Shown here: piece by piece, positions 25,641-37,905 of the stretch
How positions within the stretch are numbered: the stretch's first letter is position 1
Layout of the letters: each line of letters begins with the position of its first letter
From: Protoeuglena noctilucae
Lineage: Eukaryota
Length of the DNA stretch: 64,000 bases
Assembly (NCBI GenBank): GCA_958009085.1
Contig: OY253669.1
Coordinates: 496,001-560,000, forward strand
Reading direction: 5' to 3'
Position numbers and translations under genes: made by a program
The notes under the pieces: generated by a model
The model's input: only the letters and a program-made list of their open reading frames with translations
Told to the model about the DNA's origin: nothing
The model's database searches: none

Positions 25641-25945
25641 GAGGGAGTGGAGGGGAGAGGTGAGGGGTGGAGATGGGTGGGATTGGGAGAGGGGGAGTGG
25701 GGGGGACAGGTGAGGGTGGGAGATGGGTGGGAATGGGAGAGGGAGAGGGGAACAGGTGCAACCCAGGTTTCCCCCGACCACACCGCTGCCTCACCCCCAT
25801 CCACTCCCTCACTCTCTCACCCCACTCACCCCAACTCACTCTCACCCCACTCACCCCTCCCCACCCCCCCCCAGCTTTTCCCCGACCACACCGCTCACTC
25901 ACTCCCTCACCCCCACTCACCCCACCCCCCACCCCCCCCAACCCA

Positions 25946-28342
25946 GCTCTCCCCCGACCACACCGCCGCCTGGGACCTTTTGCAACGCCGTGCCGTGCTG
26001 GACCGAGAACTGCGAGAAGTACGCGCACGCATCGCAGCACGCATGTCAGACCCCGCGCACTGCCTGAAGTTCCTGAAACCGGGGAGGGTGGTGAGGGTGG
26101 CCAAGGGGGAGGAGGACTACGGGTGGGGAGTGGTGCTCCTGGTCATGGAGCCTAAGAGGAAGGGGGCGACTGGCACGGCGACTGGCAGTGCCACCGGGAC
26201 ACCCTTTAAAGCGCGTGATTACGTGGTGGATGTGCTGCTGGAATGCGCACCGGAGGAGGTCAGCCCGGTGCCCAGGCCGCCACGGGGGGGGGAGGCCGCG
26301 ACGCTGCGGACGGTGCCGGTGCGGCTGCCGCTGGTGGTATGCATATCCAAGGTGAGAGAGATGGGTGGGTGTGGGGTGTGGGGTGTGCATGTGCGACTGC
26401 CGCTGGTGGTGTGCTTATCCAAGGCGAGGGGTGAAGGGGTGTGGGGTGTGGGGTGTGCAAGTAAGGCTACCGCTGGTCGTGGGACGATCTCATGGCCTCT
26501 GGCCTTCCATCCAAGCCTCAAACAACACAGCAATCTAACAACACTTGTCCCTACCCCCCCAGTTTCGCGTGACTTTGCCCAACGACTTGAAGTCCCCCAC
26601 TGCGTTGGGCGCGGTGATGCGCACCATCCGGCAGCTGGTGCGGAGCAAGGGGGGGGCGGACAAGGTGCCGAGGCTGGGGCTGGTGGCCGAGTTTGGGTAC
26701 AAGGACGAGGAGGTGAGGGATGCGGGGGCGTAAGGGTGTAAGGGGGTGGTAGGTGAGGAGGTGAGGGGTGGGGTGGGGTGGGGGTGGGCGATGGTGTGAC
26801 GTGAGAGCATAAGCAAATTTGCGGGGAGGTGCCAACCTGTCATGTGCTGCGGCTGGCTGCGCTTCGTATCGTGCCGCGATGCCTCTGCGCATCCATGGCC
26901 ATCTCACCTGTCATGTCTTGGCAGATGTGGTGCTCGCTGCCCATGCATTGCCATCACACATGTACTGCCATCTCCCATGTGCTTTCCTTGCACATCTCCC
27001 CAGGCCGCCACCCTGGATCGCCGGGAGGAGGAGATCTGCCGTGAGCTGGAGGGGGCGGAGACAGCGGGGGTGGACCCGGCGCTGATGAAGCGCATGCGCA
27101 GGACACTGGAGAAGAGGGCGGACCTGCAGGCGAGGGATGAGGGTGGGGGTGGGGATGTGAGATGGATGTGATGTGTAATGTGAGATGAGAGGGAGGCAGA
27201 CCTGCCGCAGGCGAGGGGTGATTGTTTACAAATGCAGGTCTCTGGTAGCCACTACCATCCCCCGTCCCAACCCCACTCCCCATCACCCCCACCGCTCCTC
27301 TCATCCCCACCCACCCCACCCCTCCCTACCCAACCGCCCCCCCCCCCCCCCCCTCACTCCCACCCCACCCCACCCCTGAATCCCCCACCCCCCCCAGGCC
27401 CAAGAGTCTGAGTTCCGCCGCGCGGCCAAGCGCTCCATGCTGGCGACCTTCCACTCCGAAGCCCAGCGACGCACCGCGGTGCTCACCCGCCTGGGCCACG
27501 TCGACGCCTCGGGCATCGTGACCCTCAAGGGCAGGGCCGCTTGCGAGATCGACACGGCCGACGAGTTGGTCACGACCGAGTTGATGTTCAATGGGGTGTT
27601 TGCGGAATTGGACGTGCACCAGCTGGTGGCGCTCGTGGCGTGTTTGGTGCCTGTGGAGAAGACCCAGGACGAGGTGCACCTGTCGCGGACGCTGGGGCCG
27701 GCGCTGATCAAGCTGCAGGTGAGGGGCGGAGTGGGGTGGGGTGGGGTGGGTGGGTGAGAGTGAGGGGGATGGGGTGGGTGAGAGTGAGGCCTTTAAGCGT
27801 TTGTCTGTGTGTGTATGGGCTGGTATAGCTATGCATTGGCTGTGCATGGTGTGGGATGCATTACACATGCCACGCCCACCGCCCATCCCTTGGCCTGCAG
27901 GAGACGGCGCGCCACGTGGCGGAGGTGTCGGTGGACTGCAAACTGGACGTCGACGCGGAGGAGTACGTCCAGTCGTTCCGACCCTCTCTGATGGACGTGG
28001 TGTACGCGTGGAGCAAGGGGGCGCCTTTTGCGGACGTCTGCCGCATGACGGAGCTGTTCGAGGGGACCATCATCCGCGCCGTCCGGAGGCTCCACGAGCT
28101 CATGGGACAGGCGAGGACTGCGAGGGGCGACTGGTGTGGGCAAGAGCGGCTTTGTTAGCAATCTGCCAGCCGTTGGCAGTGGCCGTGGCTGTCGGGCACA
28201 GCTGAGCGGGGGTCGTTTCCGGTCACCGCAGTTGCAACTGGCTGCCGTGGCGATTGGGGACACGAATCTCGCGGAGAAGTTCAAACAGTCGGCCGACACC
28301 ATCCACCGGGACGTCATGTTCGCGGCGTCCCTGTACGTCTGA
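25946..28342 (+). CDS. MTR4: MTR4 helicase, C-terminal half (arch/KOW and DSHCT domains), starting after gap 2
   Basis: HCLKFLKPGRVVRV..DYGWGVV (KOW), VLTRLGHVD..IVTLKGRAACEIDTADELVTTELMFNGVF, FRPSLMDVVYAWSKGAPFADVC, FEGTIIRAVRRL, IHRDVMFAASLYV*. Confidence 0.95.
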
Positions 28343-29190
28343 GCTGTTTAAACGGAGCGCTGCGCCTAGCATTCCGTTTCCATGTTTGTATGTCGTTGTT
28401 TACGATCACAGCGTAGCCCAGCGGGGACCCGCGTGCATCCGTCATGGCACAACAGAGGCTGGCGAGCACGCTGGCGCGCTCGATCCGTTCCCGATCCTTC
28501 AGCTGCGGACCGCTTGTTGTTCCAGGCACTGCGTACGCTCGCATAGAGACCACTTTAGGTTGAAACGCCTCGCTATCGTCTGGAAGAACTGAGCGTGGCC
28601 TCACTGAACATAGCCAGTCCGGTCATTGAAGCCGTGGGGTCGGCAGACGTGGTCCAGAGTCTGCTGAAGAGCCGAGTCGTAGCGCTTCTGGCGACATCGC
28701 TGCGGGAAACCCGCTGCGCCTGGGGGGTCACGTCATGCGGCGTGCGGGATTGCTTCTGCGATGCGCCGCGGACGCGGCTGCGGACATCGCCGTCACTTCC
28801 AGGATCGGTGGCGTGGCGTCGTGCTCCGGGTCAGGCTTTGTCCCCGGCATCGCGCGCCAGGCGGGGTGGCGGGTGAGCAGAGCGCCCGGGGCATCTCTCG
28901 GCCTGCGCGGGCCGAACTTCGACGCTGAGGTGCTTTCCTTGAATCGATGGCTTGATCCCGTGATCTACAACCAGATGAGCCCCTCACAGGCGGGGGCGCG
29001 GCTCGGAGGGACCTCGAGAGGGGCGGCCTCGGGACCGTGGGCGATTGACGCCCCCCTGCGCACCCGGGGCGCGGATTTCCGGGGATTCCATTCCCGTCCG
29101 GGGTTGAAGAGCACCGAGCCTCCTCGCGGCGGGTCGCTGCGCTTCGATCCGCTGCGCATCGGCGCGCTGCGGGGCCGTGGCGCGCGCCTC

Positions 29191-30241
29191 ATGTCTACCG
29201 AGACCCAGGTGCGCCGCGCGACCCTCTTTGCTCTACGAACGCCCGACAACGAAACCATCTTCTATGTATCTATGTCTTCTACACATCTTCTACTCCCCGC
29301 AGGGCATGTCGGCCCTGCTGCGCTCGCCGGGCTACCTGCGCAAGCACATCGGTCTTCAGTTCGAGGCCGTTTGGAGCCAGCACCGTCGCAAGGTCCTCGC
29401 GGCAGCCGCTGTCCTGGCCGTCTTCCTCCTCTGGCGCGGCATGTGGTACACGGCGCGGCTGTTCGTGAATTTCAAGGAGGATGCCGCCGAGCTGGGCTTC
29501 CTGGCGGCCTCGGCTTCCACGCTCATGCTGGCCGTGGTGTTTGTGCGGTGAGCGGGCGTGCTGTGATGCCGATCGCGTCTTACTGCAATGGCTAGTCGCA
29601 CTCACTGTTTCCAATACCACCAGTACCTCCCCCATCGTCACAGCCGTGCGTTGTGCGCCATGCGCTACCCAGTGCATGCGTTGTCGACATCCTTGTCCTT
29701 ATCCCTGCAGGTGGCGTCTGACCGTGAGCCCTGAGGCGGTGTATCACCAGGCAATGAGGCGGCTCACCCGGTCTTCCCTGGTAGACCAGGTGAGGTTACC
29801 AGGACAGGCGATGCGTGTGACTGCGGTGGTGGCACGGATGTCGATGCTCTCCCATCTACTGTTCCCTCAACTGCTACCACCACCATCCTTACCCTCTCCT
29901 CCACAGTTTTCTCAGCCACATTGACCCTCCTTTCTGCACCCACCCTCAGCCACCACCACCCATAGATTTGTCTACCCCCTCATACGACCCCACCCCTTCT
30001 CCTCCCCCCACCCCCCAGGTCCTCGGCTTTCCCCTGGCTGGGTCCGACGTGCGCGCTTACATGATGACGGGCGGCCATTTGAAATTTAAGCCCTGGTGGC
30101 GCGTGGGGTGGCGCAGCCAGCGTTGTCACATGGTGTTCCCCGTGTCTGGATCTGAGAGGCGGGGACTGGTGTCGATCGAGTGCAAGAAGCGGCACGGTAG
30201 GGTGAGCATGGTATGGGTGTGTTTGTGTGTGGTGTGGTGTG

Positions 30242-30274
<33 letters not shown>

Positions 30275-31274
30275 GGTGTGTGGGAGCGGTGTTCAATGCT
30301 CTGACCATGCACATGCATTGCTCACTTATCTTACATAGTTCTTGTATCTCTTTTCATGCAGTACGTGTTCAAGGCCCTTGCCGTGGACGTCCCCAGCGCC
30401 GCGGGGGCCGAGAGGCGGATCTTCTTGGAGGGCACCCCGGCCATGTTCAACCGGGGAGGGGTGCTGAGGTGAGGGGGGGTGGTGTTGTTAGTGGTGGGGT
30501 GCTGAGGTGAGGGGGTGGGTGGCAGGAGGGGTGGGGTGCTGAAGTGAGGGTACGGCAGACCCACAGCCACCATCGCCATCCACTCCCTGCCTTCTCCTCA
30601 CCTCTCACCTCTCTTCTCTCCAACCACCTCCTTCCCCTCGCTTACGACCCACGTCCTTCCCTGACCCTTTCCTGACACAACACCACTCCCTCGCAGGGAG
30701 TTGCGCGACCCCTTCCTGAAGGTGTTGAACCTGGAGGAGACATATGAGGCGGAAGACGAGGCCGAGGATGAGGCGGAGGAGGAGATGAGTCTGGAGGAGG
30801 AGCACCGGGAGAAGCTGACCGCGATGCACGAGGGGAGGCCGGGTGAGTGACATTGGGGGGAGGTGGCGAGTGGAATGAATGAGATGGTTGAGATGCACGA
30901 GGGGAGGCCGGGTGAGTGAGGGTGGCATGGAAAGAAGGTGGCATGGGGCGCGAGGGGCCTCACCACATTACCACCTTCTGTGTGCGTCTGCTGGTGTAAT
31001 TGGCGAGCATTTATCGGCGCTATCAGTGCAACGTTCAAAGTTATTCATAACCATGCCTTTACCCGCAGTGTATTTCACGGACTGGGTGCGGCACTGGGCG
31101 TCGGCGGCGTGGGGGCGGGTGAGGGCGAGGAGGGAGGAGGGCGAGGGAGCGGAGCTGGGCCAGGCAAAGGGTGCAGAGGGGGCAGAGATGAAGGCAGAGG
31201 CAGGGAACGTGGGGAAGGAGGAGGGCAGTGCACCCGCAGCGTCGCAGGCAGGGCCGGCAAAGACGCCGCAGTGA
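29191..31274 (+). CDS. Plant-type TIM21-like mitochondrial inner-membrane protein
   Basis: Two hydrophobic helices, then VSPEAVYHQAMRRL, VLGFPLAGSDVRAYMMTGG, RCHMVFPVSGSERRGLVSIECKK, KALAVDVP, ELRDPFLK and an acidic tail. This resembles land-plant TIM21-like proteins. Confidence 0.75.
30214..30282. repeat. Intronic (GT)n microsatellite
   Basis: Perfect gt dinucleotide run at ~30242-30266 with imperfect flanks. Confidence 0.9.
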
Positions 31275-31534
31275 TGACGATAACGCAAGCGTAGTCGTAT
31301 CGCACAGATAGTTGCACATGTGACGAAGGCTCTCCGCATAGGTACGGCTTTCAAAAATGACGACGGCTCGGTCACGCTGTCCGTTACGGGTCAAGAACAA
31401 AGCAAGAGCAGTGCGTGGGTGTGGATGCGATGCGATATGTCGCGGTGTGTGAGAGAGTCAGGCGAAGGGCGGTGCGATGTTGTTGTATATGATATGCATT
31501 GAGACGCCTATGAGACGCCTATCTAGTAACCGCG

Positions 31535-34500
31535 TCAGAACAGGAGGGGCGAGGGCAGCACCCCCAGGGTCTCCAGCTGAGCCTTCACAGCGCGGTTGAG
31601 CTCCCTCGGCACCTGCAGCACAGTCGAATCGAAAAGTCAGAGTGACATTATTAATACTTATCCGTCCATTGCCATGCCAGACCCACTCAACAACGGCACA
31701 CCCTGTTTCACCCTTGCAATAGCGCACGTCTCGCCACCACACCCGCCACCGCCACACCCTTCATCACCCACCAGCCAATCATCCATCTCTCTCCCCCACT
31801 CGCCTTGACGTGCGGCTCGTCCTCCTCGACATCCAAAATCTCCGCAGCCCTGCCCACCCCCAGCTCCTCCACCACCAGGTTGGCCGCCCGCAGCCCCGTC
31901 ACATACGCCCGCTCCTGACTAAGGCCGTGGGCGCCGTGCGGCACATCCCTGACCCAGTCCCCCGCCACGAAGACGTTCTCGTAGGGCGTTGTCTGCGTCA
32001 GGCGGTGCTCGTAGCTCCCGGGGGTGAAGTGCGTCACGGCGCGGGGGAACCTGGGGGGGAGGGGAGGCAGGGACGTTGACACAGGTCAAGCAGCAAAAGC
32101 AGCAGTAATGGTGGGCAAAGTGAAGGTGATGACATGACATGGCTTTGACAGGGTAGCGGCAGTCCCGTGCAATGCTCGAGTGAACTGCAGACACTGCGAC
32201 TGCGCCATCCCTTGATTACAGCACCATCCACGCCCATTGCCTTCCAGTCACCTGAGCACGGCGTAGTCGGTGCACGTCGCCCCCTGGAACCCCGGCTCGC
32301 ACGCCCGGAGGCTCTCCATGACCCTCTGCACGACCTTGTCATCGGGGAGGGGCATCAGCGACGATGCGTTGTAGAAGTCGGCCGCGATCACTGAACCAGG
32401 AGCGTCGTGGTACTCGTCCTGGAGGTCGTTGAGGTGGAACCAGGTGCCGCCCACGCCGGGGACGAAGCCCGAGAGCACGTTTGACGCAAACTGAGGGGGT
32501 AGAGGAGTTGGGTAGCACGGTGGGTGGGAACGAGAGTGGCGGGAGGGTGAGCAGTAACTGCGCAACAAGGAGGGTGTAACAAGGTAGCTGGCACAGTGGA
32601 GTCCGGTGCATGTGTCGCTCCCACATGACATGGCCATCTGCCCCATCTCTCGCCTCCGTCTGCACGCGCTTGTCGACCCAGAGCCGCGTGGCGATGACGT
32701 CGATGCCCCGCAGATTGCACACACCACGGAAGAACTTGCGGCGCGCCAATGCCGGCACGGATGACACGAGCTTCTGCATCCCGGTCACGCCCACCGCGAG
32801 CACCACGGCGTCGGCCTCGAGGGTCACCCGGTCGCCCGACGGTTTCTGGCACATCACGGAGGTGGCGCGGCCGCTGTTGTCCACGGCCAGGTCCACCACT
32901 GTGTGACCCCCCAGCACCTCGGTGCCCGATGCCTTCATCCTGCGATGGGTGGGGACGTGATGGGATGCTATGTGGGGTGCCGGCACTGTGGTAACGACCA
33001 CTGCTGTTGTTGCTGGGGTGATGCATGGCGGGGTGTGTGGGTGTCAGGCATGTGGGAATGCCAGAGCTGAGGGTGGCAGTGCGGGAGGGGACAATGTTAG
33101 AGACACAGAGCGGATGGCACAGCACAGTGCAGAAGAGGACAGCAGAGGCAAAGAGCGAAAGGCACAGTACATTGCTCCGAGGTGGCTGACCGTCAACACG
33201 TTAAAGCAGCTTCCACCGCCACCCTCTGCCTCGCCTGTTGATGAGGGGCTGGAAGATCCTCTCCGCCACGCTCCCCTTGCACCAGCAGACGTCGAAGTCG
33301 GCCTGGTGGGCCAATGCGTAAAAGTAGAAGGTGTCGAGGACCACTGCCGCCGACAGCTCCTCCGGGGGAGCGAACAGGCCCACGAGCAGCAGGGGTTTCA
33401 GGAACGAGTCGTAGAGGCGCTGGGAGACGCCGAACTGCCGGAAGAGCTCCCGCGCGGTCATGCGGTCGTAGCGGGCGTACGTGGCGGGGGTGGCGTTGTA
33501 GTCCACCACTGCGGCGAACAGCGGCACCTGGGGGAAGGGGAGGGGTGGGGTGGGGTGGTAAGTTGATGGGGTGATTGAGAGGCTGGGAGACCATGGTGTG
33601 AGCGGGCATGTGCACGGCAGCTGAGCGGGACCAGTATGCAGAGTCAAGCATTTGTCCCCATCCGCCTCTCATGCACTGTTTCTTACTGCTTCCTCTTTCT
33701 CCCTTTCCCTTCCCGCACACCCTCTCACCCCCATCTCTTCAACCCTCTCAACCCCATATGTGCTTTCCCCCTCACCCTCCATCTCACCCCCCTCAGTCCC
33801 CTCTCACCATGGTCATGCGGTCGGCCAGCGGCAGTCGCTTGAAGAGGTCGAAGGTGTACACGAACTGCCCCAGCATGGTGGGCAGCCGGGGGAGGTTCGA
33901 GAACACGGGGCTCTCCGTGACCAGGCCGTCGGGGGCCCAGAATCCCGAACGCGTGAAGGCCGTGAAGGGCTTGTCGATGCCCAGCTCGTCCACCAGGCGG
34001 AAGATGTTCTTGTACTGGTACCAGAAACCCTTCATGCCCGCCTCCACCGTCTTGCCCTCCTTGGTCCGCCACCCCGACGACAGGCCGCCCGGGTTGGGCG
34101 AGGCGTCCACCAGCTTGACCTCGTAGCCCTGCTCGGAGAGGTGCTTCGCGGCGCCGAAACCACCCCATCCGGCGCCCACGACAACGACGCGCTTCTTCCG
34201 CGGCGCGGGAGGGGCGGGAGTCGCGGGGGCAGGCGCCTCCTTGGTCGTGCTGGCAGCGGTGGTAACCGGCGCGGGGGAGGCATCCTTGGCCGGCTTCTCT
34301 GCATTTTCAAATACATAATTGACGGATAGAGGATATAGTATGGAGATCGGCTGCATCGGAGGCGGAGAGAGGGCGCAAGCGCACCTTCCGTCGTCTGCAT
34401 GGTTGGGGGCGTAGCAGGCGGATCCTTCCGCTTCTTGGCCGCGACGCCATCTGCTTCTGAGACAGCTTCAGAGGTGGACTTTTCGTCTGCATTGCTTTTG

Positions 34501-34625
34501 CCGCTGGGGGTCGCCACGCGCGCCACGGCGTGCGGCCGGGCCTTCGGCGACATCCACGCCCTCTGCGCGCGCGAGCCCCGAGCGCCGGGGAGATTCAGCG
34601 TCCGAGCGCAACCGACAGCAAGCAT
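31535..34625 (-). CDS. FAD-dependent oxidoreductase (amine oxidase / carotene desaturase-like family), probably plastid-targeted
   Basis: VVVVGAGWGG (Rossmann fold), NPGGLSSGW, EAGMKGFWYQY, GLFAPPEELSAA, ADAVVLAVG, AVTHFTPGS, NVFVAGDWV, SQERAYVTG; Arg/Ala/Ser-rich N-terminal extension. Confidence 0.85.
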
Positions 34626-34856
34626 TTTGGTGGCGAAGCCGGCACGATGGACAACAGCCAATATGCGACAGAAGAGGTCAGCGCGCGGGGACCACCAACT
34701 GCACCCTCAGCGCTGCGCTACGCAGGAGAAGTTTGCGCCTCAGCGAGCCCGGTTGCAGCAACTAGTACCTCAGCAAAGTTCAATCGCATGCCCAGAATCA
34801 AGGACAGTGCAACACGGTACGCAGTAAGAAACGACCAGGCTGGCATGATGCCGTCA

Positions 34857-37467
34857 CTACCCCTTCTTGCGGCGCTTCCTGCCCCCCTCCGCGCGCGTCC
34901 GCTGCGGCTGCTGCGACTCTTCGCGCCCGCGCTTTGCAGGCGCGCTCCCCGCCTCCCCGCCCCGGCCCCGGCCTGGCCCCCGCCCCCGCCCTCTGTCGCC
35001 CATCGCCCTGCCCCCTCCCCGCCCGCCGCCCCGCCCTGCTCCACGTCCCCCGTTCCACCCTCCGCGGCCACCATCCCCTCCGCCCCGGCCCCTCCCACCC
35101 CCCCTACCCCTGCCACCCCTTCCTCCCAAGCCACGCCCCCCACCGCCCCCACGCCCCCGCAGCCCACCCTCGTTCCTCCCTCCAAAGCCCTTGACCCCCA
35201 AGTAACGCTTCATCTCAGCCCTCTCATCCTCACCACCGAAGGACCCGTCGGTGCTTCCACCCTCATCGCTGCTGCCTTCACTCCCCTCACTGCCCTCACT
35301 GGTCCCCTCGCTGCCCTCATCGCCAGACGACCCCTCCGCCGCCATTTCCCTTTCCACCCGAGCCATGCGATCCGCAGCGCGGTCACGACCCGTCCCGTCA
35401 CCGTCGCTACCCTCACTTTCCCTCCCCTCATCGCTGCCCTCCTCATCGCTACCCTCTCCGTCACTCCTCTCCTCGTCGCTCCCCCCATCACCGCCATCCT
35501 CGTCTCCATCGCTCTCCTCCCCATCACTAACCCCCGTGCCCTCATCTGAGTCTGACACCACCTCCAACCGACGCACTGCCATGCCAACCCCACCAACACC
35601 CGCACACGCACCCGCACCCGCACCCGCACCCGCACCCAACCCCGACCCCGCCGCTCCCCTCGGCCGCCACCCCTGCGCCACCATGCGCCGGATGGCCGTG
35701 TCTGGCGCCACCTCTCCCTCACTGTCCCCCTCGCTGCCATCGTCGTCGCTCGCGTCACTGGACATCGCCTCTTCCCCATCGCTGGACCCCTCGTCTCTCC
35801 TCGCACCCCCCTCGCCCCGACTCCTCGCCCGCTCCCCCACCTCACGCACTCTTTCTCTCGACAACTCAACCCCTGTAACCCCCCCATCCACTCCCCCGTC
35901 GCCATCCTCACTCGCATCGCTCCCCTCGCTTGCTGAGGGCGCAGCCACCTCCTCCGCCCTGTTTCCTGCGAGGCAATTGCCTGGTGGACTGTCTTGTATC
36001 ACTAACATGACATATAGATCCATGACACTCGCCTGCCCATTCCAATGCCACCCTCACTTCATCCTACATCCACCCACTGCCTCGCTACTCCCGCCCATCT
36101 CACCAGCACCCATGCCTCGTTGGCCCGTCTTCTCTTGAAGCTTCTCCTCTCTCTCCGCGTCATCCGCCAGCTGCAGCCCCTCGCTCTCCATCAACGGGAG
36201 GATCTGAGACGCCACCTCACGCACACGTGAGACGTGAGGCAAGGACGCATGGCCCTCGTCCCCGCTCTCATGCTCGCTGTCGCTCTCGCTGTCGCTCTCA
36301 TCTTCTCCCTCACTCCCACTCTCGCTCCCGCCCCCACCTTCCCTGCCACCCCCCCTCGCCTCACTCCTGCCCGCCCCCTCCCCATCCGCTCCCCAGTCCT
36401 CATCCAGAAAGAAATCGTCATCCTCATCTCCCTTCCCCCTCCCCTCCCCTCTCCCTCCCTCACCCCACCGCGCCACCCCACCGCCCGCCCCATCGCCCCG
36501 CCCCTCGTCTGCCTCCTGAAGCGCCGCCTCCTGACGCATGGCGTCGCGGGCCATGGCCCTCAGCCGCTCGCGCTTAGCCGCCGTCTCTGGGCTCACATCC
36601 TCCGCTGCAGCCACGCAGAAGAGAACGCCAGTGACGCACCACGTGTGTCAAGTGCCGGAGAGGCCAGGGGCAACACGTGGCACACGGCATCTGACCCATG
36701 ACTCATTGGCACACTCCAATAAGTGCCTGTCTCATGCCCAGCCAGCTCCCCAGCACTCACGCTCCTTCCACACATGCACCCATGCACTTACAGACTCACC
36801 CAGGATGGAGACGTACTTCTCTCCCTTGGGGAAGTGCAGCACGTAATTCAAATCCTCCCACAGCCTCCGCAGCTCCTCCGCCCTCGCCTCCCGCTCCGCC
36901 CCCGTCGCGCCAGCCACCTCCTTCTCCTTATGCCTGATGCGGCGCTCCAGCTTCACGCGCTCAAAGAACTTCACCTTGTGGTAGCGAACCGCGTACTTGC
37001 GCTCCAACTCCTGACGCTTGTGGTCCTCCAGCAGCGACTGGAGCTTCAGCGGAAAGGGCCAAATCGCGTTGTGGCATTGCAGGCGCCAGCTGCACCGCAT
37101 TCGGAGTCGCGACGGGACTCGCCTCCATTCGCTGCTCGATCATGCGCTTCTTCCGCTTGTCCCCGTCCACGTGCGCGAGGAGGCGCCGCAAATCGCGCAT
37201 CTCCTTGCCCACGCTCTGCAAGGCACAAAGGGCGGGCAATATAGTCGGACTCCGCGTGCCAACCGCGCGTCACTGGCCGCACATGAATGCATTTCAGAGC
37301 CGTGCCTTAAGTTTCTTGTCCGCAGGCGGTGTCTCGGGCGGGCGGCGGTCCACGGACGGTCCCCGTCCTCGCCCTCGCCCTCGACCGCCCCCGCGGCCGC
37401 GACCCCGACCGCGAAAGCCGCCATCTGCGCCCCGGCCTCGCCCCTCGTAACCACCTCTTCCCGGCAT
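34857..37467 (-). CDS. EFG1: rRNA-processing protein EFG1 (DUF2361) with RGG and acidic extensions
   Basis: MRDLRRLL, KYAVRYHKVKFFERVKLERRI, DLNYVLHFPKGEKYVSIL and DDFFL are Efg1 family motifs. Confidence 0.85.
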
Positions 37468-37905
37468 GCTGGGCACACCCACCAGGCAGGCAGCCGTTGG
37501 CAAGCCCAGCAAGTGCCCGGCGGCCACGGCTCGGTGCTCAGGTGTTTGCGCTACAACCAAAGCGATGCGACAGCACGATAAGTACAGGATTCGTCTCGGC
37601 TTTCTCTAGAGCGAAGCAACAGGTCCCGCCGCCGCCTGACGTGTGTCGTGACAGCGAAACGGCGGTGTTCTTGCCAGTCTTCGTTGTCGCCGAGCCACAG
37701 GTGCGTTGCACAGAGCCAGAGTGTCAGAGTGACTGGTCAGGAGCACATCGGGCCGCGCAGTGACCGATCGCATTGCACAGGAAACCCCGCCAGCGCTAGG
37801 CCTGCCGCTTGCAGCCCCGCCACTGCGCACATCTTCGGTACTGGTCTACTCAGGAGGTCGCTGAGGGGCTGATCTGGCCCGGGGGAGTGGAGGCGGCGCG
37901 GAGCA

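Noticed and set aside
25641..28342. Second independent helicase gene (HEN2/SKI2 paralogue)
   Set aside because: It contains only the domains missing from the 3112-7148 half and begins at a gap; a single split gene is more parsimonious.
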